IMG/VR virus record: IMGVR_UViG_3300033067_001199
Span: 1 to 64,000 of that record
Direction: 5' to 3' (one strand)
Source of the DNA: a virus
Lineage: Duplodnaviria > Caudoviricetes
DNA length: 64,000 nucleotides
Shown here: in pieces, positions 9,401-18,848 of the stretch
How the letters are laid out: each line of letters opens with the position of its first letter
Position numbering within the stretch: position 1 is the first letter of the stretch
Translations under genes and position numbers: made by a program
The notes under the pieces: generated by a model
What the model saw: the letters and a program-made list of their open reading frames with translations, nothing else
Told to the model about the DNA's origin: nothing
Database searches by the model: none

Positions 9401-11574
9401 GCATCATACAGGTATGCGTTTACGGTTTTCCAAGCTAATTGAGCCAATGTCCTTGTGAACGGAGGGGTTAAGTCCATTATTACAAATGTTCCGGCTAATG
9501 GAATATCTGCATTAGTAACGGTGAATTTTATTTCTTTCTCTTTATCCCAAGTAAATCCATCCTTGTTCAAAACCCCCCACACATTCGTTGATGTTTTTTG
9601 GTATTGGGTTCCAGCAGATATATCGTACATAAATCCTTTCCCGAGCTTATCGCCAAAAGAGCACCAATGAGAAGCCACCCTTGCCACATATTCTCCTGCC
9701 GGTAGATATAATGTAACTTCGCTGTATAAATCGGAGCAAGTTCCACCGCCTCCACAATACAAGTATTTTCCTATTGAAGTTCTATTGCCAGCGGTTGAGG
9801 TATCTAATGCACCATTCAAATCCTTTTGCAATCCTGTGGTTATTTGTCTTGTTATGCCGAACCGCGGAGTTCCTGCGAGATAAATTACAAACCCTGCTTC
9901 TGGTAATCTTTGGTCAAATGCAGTCGCATCGTCTACTCCTGTAGTAATTCCAAAATCTCCACCGGCACCGGTGCCGAACTGCCCACCACCGAAAAAAGCG
10001 AAATTATCTGGAACAGAAGTGTCATGAAATATACCCCCCCTTCTTAGATTATAATTTTCGGTAGGTATTTCCCAAAACGGATACTTTCTAAAATTCGGGA
10101 ACACATCGAAGAAATTACCTTCATCGCTCTGTGCTGAATCATTGAGTCCAAATGATAAAACCCTGCATCGTATAGTTACTTTGTACAGAACCGGATTTGG
10201 TTGGTCAACAAAATCAATCGTGTAATCTGCCTTTAAACAATCTGGTTCGTTGTAACCCTCGACTACTCCCGCATACGATAATTTATTTTTAGCGAATTTC
10301 TGACCGTTGGCAGTCCGGGGAAGGTTATCATATTCCTTTTCGGAAAACGTAGTTGCAACAGGAAGCGTATTTACATTGTTGTAAAACGGATAATGAGCAA
10401 CTTCGTTATTTCCAATTTTATCAAAGAAATCACATGGAGTTAATTCAATTACTTCTCTCCAATTTCCTACATTGTGTTCTTTGACATATAGTGTAACCTT
10501 TTTCAAGATAACCCAGATATTATGGTCAAGTAAATTCACATCATTGAAATCAACATCTATATAGTTGTAAGATGGCGATACGGTTCCTTCGCAATTAAGG
10601 TTGTTTATAATTACGTTAGAAATAGGACTTAATGCAGATTCTTCAAAGTTGTCGTAATCATATCCTACCCTAAAAAACAAAACTTTATTCTTGACAAAAT
10701 TGAAAAGGATGTTCGTGTCTTTTTTGTACTCGGGCAACGGATTATTGAGATTCGGATATTTGCAAGCATCGAAGAACCGGTCAATTAAATTTATACCATA
10801 CCAATTCTCGGGAACAACTTTGAAGTCCGGTAAAGTGAATAAAATATTGTAATGATTAACCGCCTTTTCGGTTATGGTCAATTTACAGTCACACGCTTCA
10901 GCTGATAAATAATTATGTATTGGATTGCCTACGTTGTTTATTGTATTGGCTATAAAAATAAAAGCATCGTCACGATTGCCGCCAGGAATATTTACTTGTT
11001 GAGAAACCAAAGATACACCGGTAACAATATCCTTAACTACAATTTGAAAGTTAGATGCTTGGTTATAAGAAACGGGCAAGTAAACAGTCCAGTCCTTGAA
11101 TTTATTTACGTTGTTACCTTTGATAGCGTTAATCATTCTCGGCTTAATACTATCCGTCCAATACAAAAGTTTGCCGTCAATAAAATCAACCCCTGTAATT
11201 CTTTCTCCTTTGCTCCATTGGAAATCGAACTCAATCACTAATTCAATTACTCCGTTAGGGTTTCCGTTGCTTACTTTTGTTGGATAGTATCGGAGAATTT
11301 TGTGTTTACTGTCGGACGACCAGACAAAGTACAGAATAGTATTAAACTCTTTATCCTCAACCCCTCCCAAACAACGACAATCGGCAGACGTAAGGTTATA
11401 TGCAACCAACACGTTACCCTTCATATTACAGGGAACGAATTGTTGCCCTTTGTAAGTAACCGAGTTGCGCATATTCTCGGCATTGCGATAATCTTCGGGA
11501 GCAACAGCATTGTCACGCGAGTCCATGTCTAAGCCACCCACGCTCAAAAACTTTAAAGTAGGATGTTTTGCCAT
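6442..11574 (-). CDS. Tail nozzle/muzzle (stabilization-type) protein, 1710 aa
   Basis: N-terminal GGLDMD...PEDYRNAENMR, beta-propeller-like repeats, C-terminal WTTFYSYLPD and KLEEYWNA motifs; follows three ring-like genes. Confidence 0.8.
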   Translation of the reverse strand: MAKHPTLKFLSVGGLDMDSRDNAVAPEDYRNAENMRNSVTYKGQQFVPCNMKGNVLVAYNLTSADCRCLGGVEDKEFNTILYFVWSSDSKHKILRYYPTKVSNGNPNGVIELVIEFDFQWSKGERITGVDFIDGKLLYWTDSIKPRMINAIKGNNVNKFKDWTVYLPVSYNQASNFQIVVKDIVTGVSLVSQQVNIPGGNRDDAFIFIANTINNVGNPIHNYLSAEACDCKLTITEKAVNHYNILFTLPDFKVVPENWYGINLIDRFFDACKYPNLNNPLPEYKKDTNILFNFVKNKVLFFRVGYDYDNFEESALSPISNVIINNLNCEGTVSPSYNYIDVDFNDVNLLDHNIWVILKKVTLYVKEHNVGNWREVIELTPCDFFDKIGNNEVAHYPFYNNVNTLPVATTFSEKEYDNLPRTANGQKFAKNKLSYAGVVEGYNEPDCLKADYTIDFVDQPNPVLYKVTIRCRVLSFGLNDSAQSDEGNFFDVFPNFRKYPFWEIPTENYNLRRGGIFHDTSVPDNFAFFGGGQFGTGAGGDFGITTGVDDATAFDQRLPEAGFVIYLAGTPRFGITRQITTGLQKDLNGALDTSTAGNRTSIGKYLYCGGGGTCSDLYSEVTLYLPAGEYVARVASHWCSFGDKLGKGFMYDISAGTQYQKTSTNVWGVLNKDGFTWDKEKEIKFTVTNADIPLAGTFVIMDLTPPFTRTLAQLAWKTVNAYLYDAVDDNGDEITDPNAEGFDGIPIEKALVKYDAPKPGSGQLDGAYDEICTTDHNGYFFGICDRNPYGYNYPYRLLYAWQVNNKQILNTTTMFIGSLTDLFKKTLSAFDFNGTNDSSGINNNQLGIYLTHGIVVANMGGARKNCSTIVRGSVVDSNGNSVGNGTVVYESGRADIVDEDGNYSFVAFGDMVTPNIPHFPNQPQIITDNKNRVVDGLIFSLPGSCLPIYPNGQELLIAIDPFGTGVGQYNPLFPFIVPNFIIDEQSDPKQKAHKRGGKYKYVGRLYDAAGRFCSCFQAFEIYVPFITEDLHKTLPNQYPAGTFKYGKPTINWSIDPTTVFPSWVKSFQWMRTKNSVYGRYLQWIANEVIYLSAIATTATPEIETNPQNQDAVAIKISLRNINTYAAYNPNSLVQYQYQAGDRLRLIGDRFLNPINGPVEFEIVGFDLATLSVIINAKSIQAEIKSGTLFEIYNSKSVETLEEEIFYEVGEVIPVNNGVLANYSGSFKNGDTYWRGRAIIVNDDVTNFSSFYEVIIEDGNVSDFFLSPDQDLGRTGIISVRFRELYRGGSFRISDQYIPETGINGLNQFNDIDDVELGTEFGPIRKLEVSGFVMVAVCENKIVSNYLGAVQGVTPEGQMNVSSQQGYIGDSRPLIGDFGTQHPATVVEKDGWIWGVDFGRGIAWKYDNNGIDILSDKKAMTYFNELSQAGIWDAVGAFDSFYQEYIVAAWKNKFDQSGLFINYFNKVLTISVADGMIYIDNEVVEISLIDVVTSERVTAMGAVTDVAGNIVNITFLTDLPISQNNAGKTGVITRMRGEGKTIAYQKQKQRWTTFYSYLPDNMSPVGFDLVTWKNGQLYLHDVGPIGTFYGVYYKWKLKLCAYMQGYPVLLWLAVYLEQKQNDQDKVNNWSVPVITNELNQLSRIVKPRFEKLEEYWNAWFAKDLNTLSAAIPILDGKDLRSSVLVLEMENDATEKADLRSTNILVTDSSGNT

Positions 11575-12392
11575 TATCGTTTAACTGCTTGATGAATTGA
11601 ACTACGGTAAATGTCAAGTACCTCCACTATCGTCATTGCCATCTTACGCGCAATCAGCCTCTTTACCTGACGCTGGTACTGTCTTTTATGCTCTGGGAAA
11701 TCTCGGTGCTCATAAGGGTCTTTAGAGTAGAGTGCGCGCTTCCAATGAACATATTCGGTAAGTGCACCTTCATATCCATCCGGAACAATAGCGTTTCCTC
11801 TTTCGCTTATTCCGTTGAACTTCCACTCTAAAATTATTTCGTCATGCTTGAGATACCTATCAAAGACAATTCTTCTGGTCTGCCAATCGAGTTTGAACCC
11901 AGCCACGTAACCACCTTCTCCCCTTCCATACATACCGGCCACGAACTGACCATTTTTGAAGTAAGGAAAATAACTCCAATAGCCATACCACGCACCGGAA
12001 TTAACCAAGTTGCCGCCCTGTTCTTCATCCCACTTGTCGGCTTGCTGGTCAATTTGTTGAGCCAACTCCTCTCCACAACAATTCAATTTAGGAGGAGCAA
12101 TACAAATATTATCGTTAGCGTTCAGATTTACGATGTAGCCGCGGTAACAAATTGAAATCTTGTAGTAATCCATAAACCCTTCGGGCATATTGATATACTT
12201 CTCTTTAGTGATAGGGTGAGTTATAACCGGTATTCTATCGGTCATAATGCTACTTCCCTGCATAACATTAGCCAGCCCCAAATCCTTGAACCCCCACGTT
12301 GCCCATTTCAGAAGTTGAACATCGTGATTGTTAGAATCAATGCCCAAATCTTGCTTAATAGAATTTACTATGTACCACAAATCCTTTATCAT
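11574..12392 (-). CDS. Tail ring/tubular protein
   Basis: Position before the nozzle; resembles crAss-like ring proteins (MPEGFMDYYKI...ALTEYVHWK). Confidence 0.6.
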   Translation of the reverse strand: MIKDLWYIVNSIKQDLGIDSNNHDVQLLKWATWGFKDLGLANVMQGSSIMTDRIPVITHPITKEKYINMPEGFMDYYKISICYRGYIVNLNANDNICIAPPKLNCCGEELAQQIDQQADKWDEEQGGNLVNSGAWYGYWSYFPYFKNGQFVAGMYGRGEGGYVAGFKLDWQTRRIVFDRYLKHDEIILEWKFNGISERGNAIVPDGYEGALTEYVHWKRALYSKDPYEHRDFPEHKRQYQRQVKRLIARKMAMTIVEVLDIYRSSIHQAVKR

Positions 12393-12988
12393 GGAGTAGT
12401 TTTGTTGCTGTTATCTTTATCCTCCGGAATCTGAGCTTTCGGTACCAAGGCATCGAAGCACATTTTAATCAACTTCGCCTCGACCGTAGCATTACCTATC
12501 AACTCTGTATCTTTTGCATTTTCGAACAACCAAATCAAATTAGGAACTAACTTCAAAAGTATTTTGTTCGGTGCCGGTACCGGAAAGTATCTGAACAATA
12601 ATCTGTCGCCCTGTTGATAGTAGCCCGTTTTACCGGCAAGCAATCCAACTTCTGTTCCGTTGTTAGTAGCAATCGAACCAGGCTTCAGCGGAATCCAATT
12701 CGTTTCTTCCTCTGGTCCAACAAATCTGAAAGCGCCATTGTTAGCAATCGGGCAAACATCGCATGGTAACTTGATGTATGTTCTTCCGAAATCATCCACC
12801 TTAATATCACTTACCGAAAATTCTTTAATGAAATCACCCGTTACACCTCCGCTGGAAGCAAACATTTCTTCCAACAACTGACCTCTGAACGAATCGGCCA
12901 TAGCCAGCACAACTCTATCATCAACCTTATCGTGGTTGTTGATACCGAGCATTTCGACTATTAACTCTGGAAATTGTGTAACGTTCAT
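12389..12988 (-). CDS. Putative tail ring protein
   Basis: Translationally coupled between two ring-like genes; function inferred from position. Confidence 0.5.
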   Translation of the reverse strand: MNVTQFPELIVEMLGINNHDKVDDRVVLAMADSFRGQLLEEMFASSGGVTGDFIKEFSVSDIKVDDFGRTYIKLPCDVCPIANNGAFRFVGPEEETNWIPLKPGSIATNNGTEVGLLAGKTGYYQQGDRLLFRYFPVPAPNKILLKLVPNLIWLFENAKDTELIGNATVEAKLIKMCFDALVPKAQIPEDKDNSNKTTP

Positions 12989-13007
12989 TTCTTAACTTAT
13001 AAGTGAA

Positions 13008-13721
13008 TTATTGTCCTGCCGCTATTCTCTCTTTCATGTATGCTTCAAATTCATCATCACGCAAATAAATTCCGAAATATCTTGCAACCCGTATATAAAA
13101 ATCGGTGTGTGTTGTTACCGGCCAATCCAATTCCACATTCGGAACGTTAGGATTAGGCACATCCTCGTCATTAGCATTCAAAATATAGTTCCGAACCGGT
13201 GTTATGGGTAGTCTTAGGTATGTGAAATATATTGTATCAATTTCGTCCGGCTTAACTTCATATACTCCATTAACGAAACACACAATAGGTTTCTTCAACA
13301 CAGGGCGAAGTAACGCTGACCCCAATCGGTAGTTATATTCTTCGTCTGTTACCGGTTCAATCTTCCTCCATGTATTCTGAACCTTCTCACTACAATTCTC
13401 CGGGTTACTCACCTCTGGATATCTAATCGTAGAAAAATCACCGTAGTCTTGAGGTTGAGGAAACAAGCCACTTGAGTTCTTTTGAATAAACACCCTCTTC
13501 CTCAAATGCTTAACATCATCAGTTATCTTCATACTAACCTCATAGGCTTGACGCGCAAAAGGAGCACCTATCTGGTACTCCTCTGGTAGTCCGAACTTGA
13601 GCTTGAAGAACTCGATGTTTACCGCTGAAAGGGCAATATTGTAGTCCTGCGGCTTTATCGCTCCGCTGAACAGCTTTCTTGATAGAAAGTTAATCCATTT
13701 GTAGCCCTCTTCTACGGTCAT
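13008..13721 (-). CDS. Head-tail adaptor/ring protein
   Basis: MTVEEGYKWINFLSRK...IKPQDYN...YLRLPITP...ELDWP pattern resembles Bacteroidota podovirus adaptor proteins. Confidence 0.6.
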   Translation of the reverse strand: MTVEEGYKWINFLSRKLFSGAIKPQDYNIALSAVNIEFFKLKFGLPEEYQIGAPFARQAYEVSMKITDDVKHLRKRVFIQKNSSGLFPQPQDYGDFSTIRYPEVSNPENCSEKVQNTWRKIEPVTDEEYNYRLGSALLRPVLKKPIVCFVNGVYEVKPDEIDTIYFTYLRLPITPVRNYILNANDEDVPNPNVPNVELDWPVTTHTDFYIRVARYFGIYLRDDEFEAYMKERIAAGQ

Positions 13722-13724
13722 TGC

Positions 13725-15215
13725 TTAATAGTTTAGCCACTTATTTAATGTGGAGTTATACTGAATTTTAATAGCCTGTCCAGCAGTTAAAGCGGTAGGA
13801 ACGTGTGACTCTACACTATCCGCATCTCCACTCAATGCCGTACTCCAATGCAGCGCAGTAATTATCTGTGTGCTTGTCAGAGTTATTATCTGCCATGGCG
13901 TAGGTGTGCCTGGTAAACGAATAGTGAAATTGGCAATAGTTCCAGCAGGGTTAATTGTGTTGGATTGAGTTGAAATCACAACCGAGTCACCTGTTACCGG
14001 AGTATATGTGGTGCCGTATGAAATAGCCCTTGGAACAAAGTCGCCTGTTCCACTTGTATCCGTCAGCACATAGTTTACGCCAGAAGTCATGCCGGGGATT
14101 GAAATACTTCTTATGCCTGCTATGGCAAGTTGGTTGGATGAAGGAGTAGCTTGGTATCCTATTCCGATTGACCTATTTACATTTGTGCCAGGATTTATTT
14201 CTGCCCCTATCGCTGTATTATAACTACCTGTCGAATTGGTTATGAATGACCCCTCCCCTACTGCCGTATTATACTGTCCTGTCGTATTTGCCGCCATAGC
14301 GCCCTTGCCTATTGCGGTATTGTAGCTTCCTGTCGTATTGAACAGAAGAGAGGTGTATCCAATAGAAGTGTTTTCAACACCTACGGTACTAACAGTTAAA
14401 GCCCCAAGCCCAACAGCAGTATTTGCCCCTCCTGTTGTATTTGCCGCCAGCGCAGCCCTTCCAATGGCTGTATTAGCTAGTCCTGTTGTATTCGCCAATG
14501 ATGCCTCATATCCAAAAGCAGTATTCCCCAAGGTATAGTCTATCCTTCCACTAGGCCGATTGTTCACCCTAAAATTCAATCCTACCGTATCCGTATTTCC
14601 TAAGAAGTTTGCATTACTTAATCCCGAATTACCGGTAACGCACCAAGGAGCGCAACCCCATTCTACCCTACCTGTGGTATCCTTGGCCACAAGTGCGCTT
14701 CCTGCCGAAATTGGCACCTCTGGCGCTACATAAGTATTTCCGTAAAACTTAACCGTATCATTAAAGTTTGCCCTTGAATTGAAGTTTACAGATGAAGCAA
14801 AGTTTTTCAAATCATCCAGAGAGGCTAAATACGTTACTTTCTTAATTGGAACACCAGCATCCCACACAACACTAAAATTGATGTAGAACTTTTTAATCGG
14901 ATAATACGTTGACAGCGGTGTAACACCGAACAGATTTACATTGGTAGTAGTAGCCAGCGATAAGTTAGTCGCATCAAATATTACATTCCACGAAGTGCTT
15001 GCATACGGCAACGAAGCATAAGTAAGCGTATAGGTATTGCTACCAAGATTAACCGAACCTGATGTGGTTACATAAAACGTCTGCCCAGCAATATCCGAAT
15101 AGTCCAGATTGTTGAGTGTCTGCCCCCCTGCAGGTATGTAGTACGTAGGGGGATAATTTGTTGCAGTTGCGAAAAGGTCTGCTAATAGCAAAAGGGTTAA
15201 TAACATTGTTCTCAT
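13725..15215 (-). CDS. Tail-fibre/adhesin-like protein with NTAxG beta-roll repeats and a predicted signal peptide (496 aa from ATG 15215)
   Basis: Start reassigned to ATG 15215 after an A-rich leader. N-terminus MRTMLLTLLLLADLFATA; about 7 NTAxG repeats; fibre-type C-terminus. Confidence 0.75.
   Translation of the reverse strand: MRTMLLTLLLLADLFATATNYPPTYYIPAGGQTLNNLDYSDIAGQTFYVTTSGSVNLGSNTYTLTYASLPYASTSWNVIFDATNLSLATTTNVNLFGVTPLSTYYPIKKFYINFSVVWDAGVPIKKVTYLASLDDLKNFASSVNFNSRANFNDTVKFYGNTYVAPEVPISAGSALVAKDTTGRVEWGCAPWCVTGNSGLSNANFLGNTDTVGLNFRVNNRPSGRIDYTLGNTAFGYEASLANTTGLANTAIGRAALAANTTGGANTAVGLGALTVSTVGVENTSIGYTSLLFNTTGSYNTAIGKGAMAANTTGQYNTAVGEGSFITNSTGSYNTAIGAEINPGTNVNRSIGIGYQATPSSNQLAIAGIRSISIPGMTSGVNYVLTDTSGTGDFVPRAISYGTTYTPVTGDSVVISTQSNTINPAGTIANFTIRLPGTPTPWQIITLTSTQIITALHWSTALSGDADSVESHVPTALTAGQAIKIQYNSTLNKWLNY
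14197..14525 (-). repeat. Seven 17-aa coding repeats (NTAxGxxxLxxNTTGxx)
   Basis: NTAFGYEASLANTTGLA / NTAIGRAALAANTTGGA / NTAVGLGALTVSTVGVE / NTSIGYTSLLFNTTGSY / NTAIGKGAMAANTTGQY / NTAVGEGSFITNSTGSY / NTAIGAEI. Confidence 0.85.
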
Positions 15216-15225
15216 ATTTATTGAT

Positions 15226-15810
15226 TTATAGGTTAGATACTGCATAATACATTGTTATTTTCAAAGTCGCATTACCGGCAGTTGGATTTGATGTTGGAGT
15301 TGTAATCTTAAATGCCCCATTGGAGTATGTGTTTGAACCACTAACTCCTGCATTCTGTTGTAAATTTCGAAAATAAAATGTGTTTTGAGTCAATGCTAAT
15401 GCGCTACTTAAAGTAAGCCATGTTCCCCCTCCATAAGTAAATATTAGTGTTTGGTCTGTTGCATAAGCCGCACTCACATAAATGTACTCTACCGTCATTG
15501 ATATTGGAACAATTACTGTGTTTGCCCCTTGTGCCGCTACAATAGTTATAGGTGTTGTGTGAAGTGCAAGTATTTGAGCCGCACTAACCGTTACCGTTGA
15601 AGATTGTATTGCACTACTTCCACTCGCTTGCCACGTAGCATTTCCACTTCCATCCGAAGTAAGAACATCGCCATTAGATGCTCCTGTTGGAATAACTACA
15701 CTGCCATTCAGAGTTACCTTGTTGTTGAATTCCCATTCTTGATTTTTGACTACCTGCGAATTGGCAAATAGGAATCCAAATAATAGAACTGATAATAATT
15801 TTGTTTTCAT
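15226..15810 (-). CDS. Fibre/decoration-like protein with Sec signal peptide (194 aa from ATG 15810)
   Basis: ATG 15810 follows the upstream stop. MKTKLLSVLLFGFLFANS|Q is a canonical SPI with Gln at +1; then GDVLTSDGSGNATW fibre motif and a beta-rich domain. Confidence 0.75.
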   Translation of the reverse strand: MKTKLLSVLLFGFLFANSQVVKNQEWEFNNKVTLNGSVVIPTGASNGDVLTSDGSGNATWQASGSSAIQSSTVTVSAAQILALHTTPITIVAAQGANTVIVPISMTVEYIYVSAAYATDQTLIFTYGGGTWLTLSSALALTQNTFYFRNLQQNAGVSGSNTYSNGAFKITTPTSNPTAGNATLKITMYYAVSNL

Positions 15811-15820
15811 GCGTTTGTTT

Positions 15821-17716
15821 TTATTGGTAATCTGCCGCAACTTCGGAAGCACCGGTTATATTAATAATAAATGTTAGCGTGTCTGTTACGTTATCATAAG
15901 TCCAATCAGAATTTTTCAACAGAACTCCGTCCAAATAAACGCGAAGCATTGTCTTTCCGGTGCCACCCAATACGTTAGGATAATCCTGAACAGCATTAGT
16001 TGTAATAAACGGAACCATATATTGAATACCAATAACTGCCGCTGGCGAACCAATTGATAGCTTAGTAACATTAAATGCAACTAATCTCAAATCACCACTT
16101 GCTTTACTGAACCCTTGAACCGCAATGGTATAGTTATTCGCACTAAAATCAACCCCTGCTCCACCTATATCTTGTAATTTTGCAGACTCTATAAATGTTC
16201 CGCTTCCCGTATAGTTGTATGCAATAGCAACATCATTTCCAACTCCACCACGTAAAAGGTTGCGAATCTGCATGGCATTGGGTGTTGTGTCCTTTAATAT
16301 TAAATCGGCAAACATTTCGATAATTCCGTTACTAACATTTACAAACCCTATAGATATACCGCCTATTACGGCATTTACAAGACCGCTCCCATTAATGATA
16401 AGTCGCCCACTTATTCCGGTTGCCGAAGGATTATTTACCGCTTCCAACCTCGCGTATATTCTTAGAATCTCTCCCTTTACCTTTAGCGTTTTACCATCAG
16501 TAGTTTTATCTGTAGAACAAGATGATAGAGTTTCCCACGCAGTAGTTGTAGTCAAATGTGTATCTGGGTCGCTAAATACTAAAGCTACACCATTTATTCC
16601 ATTCTGCCCTGCTGGTCCAATCGAGGCCGATGAATCATACAAATTATTCCATGCTAAATCTCCAACGTATCTCCATTGAACCCAACTACCATTCATTTGT
16701 AGTTGAATCTCCTTGCCATCGGTTCCGCTTTCACAACCACAGTCATTGATAACCGGTGCAACTGCATCTTCCTGTAAACAGGTATCGCAATTAGGATTAC
16801 ACTTGGTCACCTCATAGAACTTAGATACGTGGCCAGAAATATCCTCCGTATAGCCACACAGACGAGCACGAACAGCCATAGAATACTCGAACAGGCCTAA
16901 CATCAGCCTGGTATATAAAATCGCCTTTTGGGACGCATTAGCCTCATCATAATAGTTTGTCCTTATTCCAGACAAACAGCAATACATTCTACAAAGGATA
17001 TCATTACACACAACCAACTGCTCTCCGTTGATAGCGTATCTCACAATAATTGTGTCATATCCCTTAACAAACGTAATAAAGCCCTCAACAGAAAAACCAT
17101 ACGTTCCTGTCCATAAAGGACTCTGGGTAAAAGAAGTTGAACTGCCAGTAGTAGGAGAAAGACCACTTCCAAAAGGAGGCGCGATCTCTATTGTTCTGGA
17201 AACCGATTCAAATACGAACCCATCAGCACCGGCAAGAGATGTATTATCCGTTACCGTAAATGTTGCAGGCGAACCATCGCAATTATAGGTTGCTGCCAAA
17301 ACACCTGTCTTCAGCAACTCAACACAAATTACAAAGCTCAGCTGCTTTTCTACATAAACAGTATCCCCACCTAAAACAACTTTCTGCTTTACATAAACAG
17401 CATACGTGCCGGCTATTGCCGACAGCCCTCCGGTTACGTGCGGAAGGTCTTTCACTATCTGGGCTACTGAATCAAAATCAAAATCTGGCGAGGTGTAATC
17501 ATCCGTCAGATACCCGGCATTCTCATACACAGGAGTCCCGATAGGTGAAACAATTCTCAATAATGATTTAGCAGTATCTACACCAGCAACAAAACCAAGA
17601 GAAGCATAATTCTCTACATCATCAATAGTTACTTGGTTGTATGGGCTTGCTAAAAGGTTTAATTCTATGGTGTTACCATGAAGTATAGCTGCCTTTAATT
17701 GTGCCGGTGTTGCCAT
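15821..17716 (-). CDS. Structural protein (fibre base/hub-like, Cys-rich, 631 aa)
   Basis: Contains YCCL...CNPNCDTC...CGC, a DGKEIQLQ...WVQWRYVGD fibre motif and a short GxxGxxG collagen-like run. Confidence 0.65.
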   Translation of the reverse strand: MATPAQLKAAILHGNTIELNLLASPYNQVTIDDVENYASLGFVAGVDTAKSLLRIVSPIGTPVYENAGYLTDDYTSPDFDFDSVAQIVKDLPHVTGGLSAIAGTYAVYVKQKVVLGGDTVYVEKQLSFVICVELLKTGVLAATYNCDGSPATFTVTDNTSLAGADGFVFESVSRTIEIAPPFGSGLSPTTGSSTSFTQSPLWTGTYGFSVEGFITFVKGYDTIIVRYAINGEQLVVCNDILCRMYCCLSGIRTNYYDEANASQKAILYTRLMLGLFEYSMAVRARLCGYTEDISGHVSKFYEVTKCNPNCDTCLQEDAVAPVINDCGCESGTDGKEIQLQMNGSWVQWRYVGDLAWNNLYDSSASIGPAGQNGINGVALVFSDPDTHLTTTTAWETLSSCSTDKTTDGKTLKVKGEILRIYARLEAVNNPSATGISGRLIINGSGLVNAVIGGISIGFVNVSNGIIEMFADLILKDTTPNAMQIRNLLRGGVGNDVAIAYNYTGSGTFIESAKLQDIGGAGVDFSANNYTIAVQGFSKASGDLRLVAFNVTKLSIGSPAAVIGIQYMVPFITTNAVQDYPNVLGGTGKTMLRVYLDGVLLKNSDWTYDNVTDTLTFIINITGASEVAADYQ

Positions 17717-17740
17717 TGTCTGATTTAATTTACTGTTACA

Positions 17741-17796
17741 AAAATAAAAAGCTACACTATCATTGACGAATTAAATTCAATCAAGGACAATGTAGC
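17741..17796 (-). terminator. Long hairpin terminator overlapping a TATTTTTGTAAC promoter element
   Basis: Minus strand GCTACATTGTC...GATAGTGTAGC stem followed by TTTTTATTTTTG. Confidence 0.65.
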
Positions 17797-17816
17797 CTGC
17801 TTATTTTAAATTACAC

Positions 17817-18758
17817 CTATACCCCTGCCGCTTCCTCTTCCTTCTCCCTTACAGCAGATACAATAGCCTCGTAAAGTTCACCGCTGTCAACATCACGAAG
17901 ATGTTTAACCAGAGTAGAAGTAGCGTCCTGCCCTTTGGCAACGGTAAGAATCTTACCCTTTCCTTCAGGGCCAGCCCAGAACCATGCTTTCTTAGGTTTA
18001 TCGAAATAGATAACCTCCGCAGCAACGGCTTCATTAACCTTGGTCTTAAACGTCCTAACTTCACTGTTCAGTTGGTCCATAAAATCCTTCGGGTCGTCTT
18101 CGGCTTTTGCCAGCAAGAAGTTTTTAATTCTGCTAATAGGCATATCTTCATCCCAATCCGATTCTAACGTCTTATAGATCGAAATGGCCTCTTCTTTAGT
18201 AAGGTCATTCACAATGTAAGACTTAGCCTTAACGATAGCCTCCTGCTTATTGTAAGCTATCTCCTGCTCAAGAACTTCATTTCTTTCTTTAAAGATGAAG
18301 TGGCTGAAGGTGCTCAATGCCATGGTGACTTTAGCATCGTCTGAATGAAGTTTTTTGTCCTTTCCCTCTGTAAAGTAGGCGGTATTCGTTTCGCAACGAG
18401 GGTGTGTAGTCAAAAAATAATACAGGTCAATTTGGTCCTTTTTAACCTCCAAGATACCATTCCGAAAAACTATTGCATCCGGCATATTGACAACTGTTGG
18501 CACCCCTTTTTCTCTGCCAACGGTAGCCTTTGTCACATATCGGATTTCGACTGCGCTTCCGTTCATAATTCCCGAGTAAGCCGGTGGAAGTGCGTAAGAT
18601 TCCGGATAGGTTACAACTCTTTTATCATCCACCACTTTTTCTCCTTGATAGGTTGGTGTAAGATAGAATTTGACGGATTTCTTGAGCTTAAAGCCCTTTC
18701 CCAACTGTGCTTGCCAGTTGTCGTCCCCTGTCCATTCCTTGTTGTTCTTGTAAATCAT
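17817..18758 (-). CDS. Hypothetical protein downstream of the major capsid gene (313 aa)
   Basis: Intact ORF with phage-like codon use; function unknown. Confidence 0.75.
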   Translation of the reverse strand: MIYKNNKEWTGDDNWQAQLGKGFKLKKSVKFYLTPTYQGEKVVDDKRVVTYPESYALPPAYSGIMNGSAVEIRYVTKATVGREKGVPTVVNMPDAIVFRNGILEVKKDQIDLYYFLTTHPRCETNTAYFTEGKDKKLHSDDAKVTMALSTFSHFIFKERNEVLEQEIAYNKQEAIVKAKSYIVNDLTKEEAISIYKTLESDWDEDMPISRIKNFLLAKAEDDPKDFMDQLNSEVRTFKTKVNEAVAAEVIYFDKPKKAWFWAGPEGKGKILTVAKGQDATSTLVKHLRDVDSGELYEAIVSAVREKEEEAAGV

Positions 18759-18786
18759 ATACTTAATTGAATTTGGTGACTTCTTT

Positions 18787-18839
18787 AAAACTACCGCGCC
18801 CCCTCACTCTTACAGGAGTTCGGGGGCTTTCCGCAGTAG
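18787..18839 (-). terminator. Compound hairpin/terminator after the major capsid gene
   Basis: CTACTGC...GCCCCC-GA-ACTC-loop-GAGT-GA-GGGGGC-GCGGTAG followed by TTTT. Confidence 0.55.
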
Positions 18840-18848
18840 GTTATCTTA

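Noticed and set aside
6934-11532. Numerous 60-140 aa opposite-strand or alternate-frame ORFs within large genes (here and elsewhere)
   Set aside because: They overlap well-supported genes and show no motifs or start signals.
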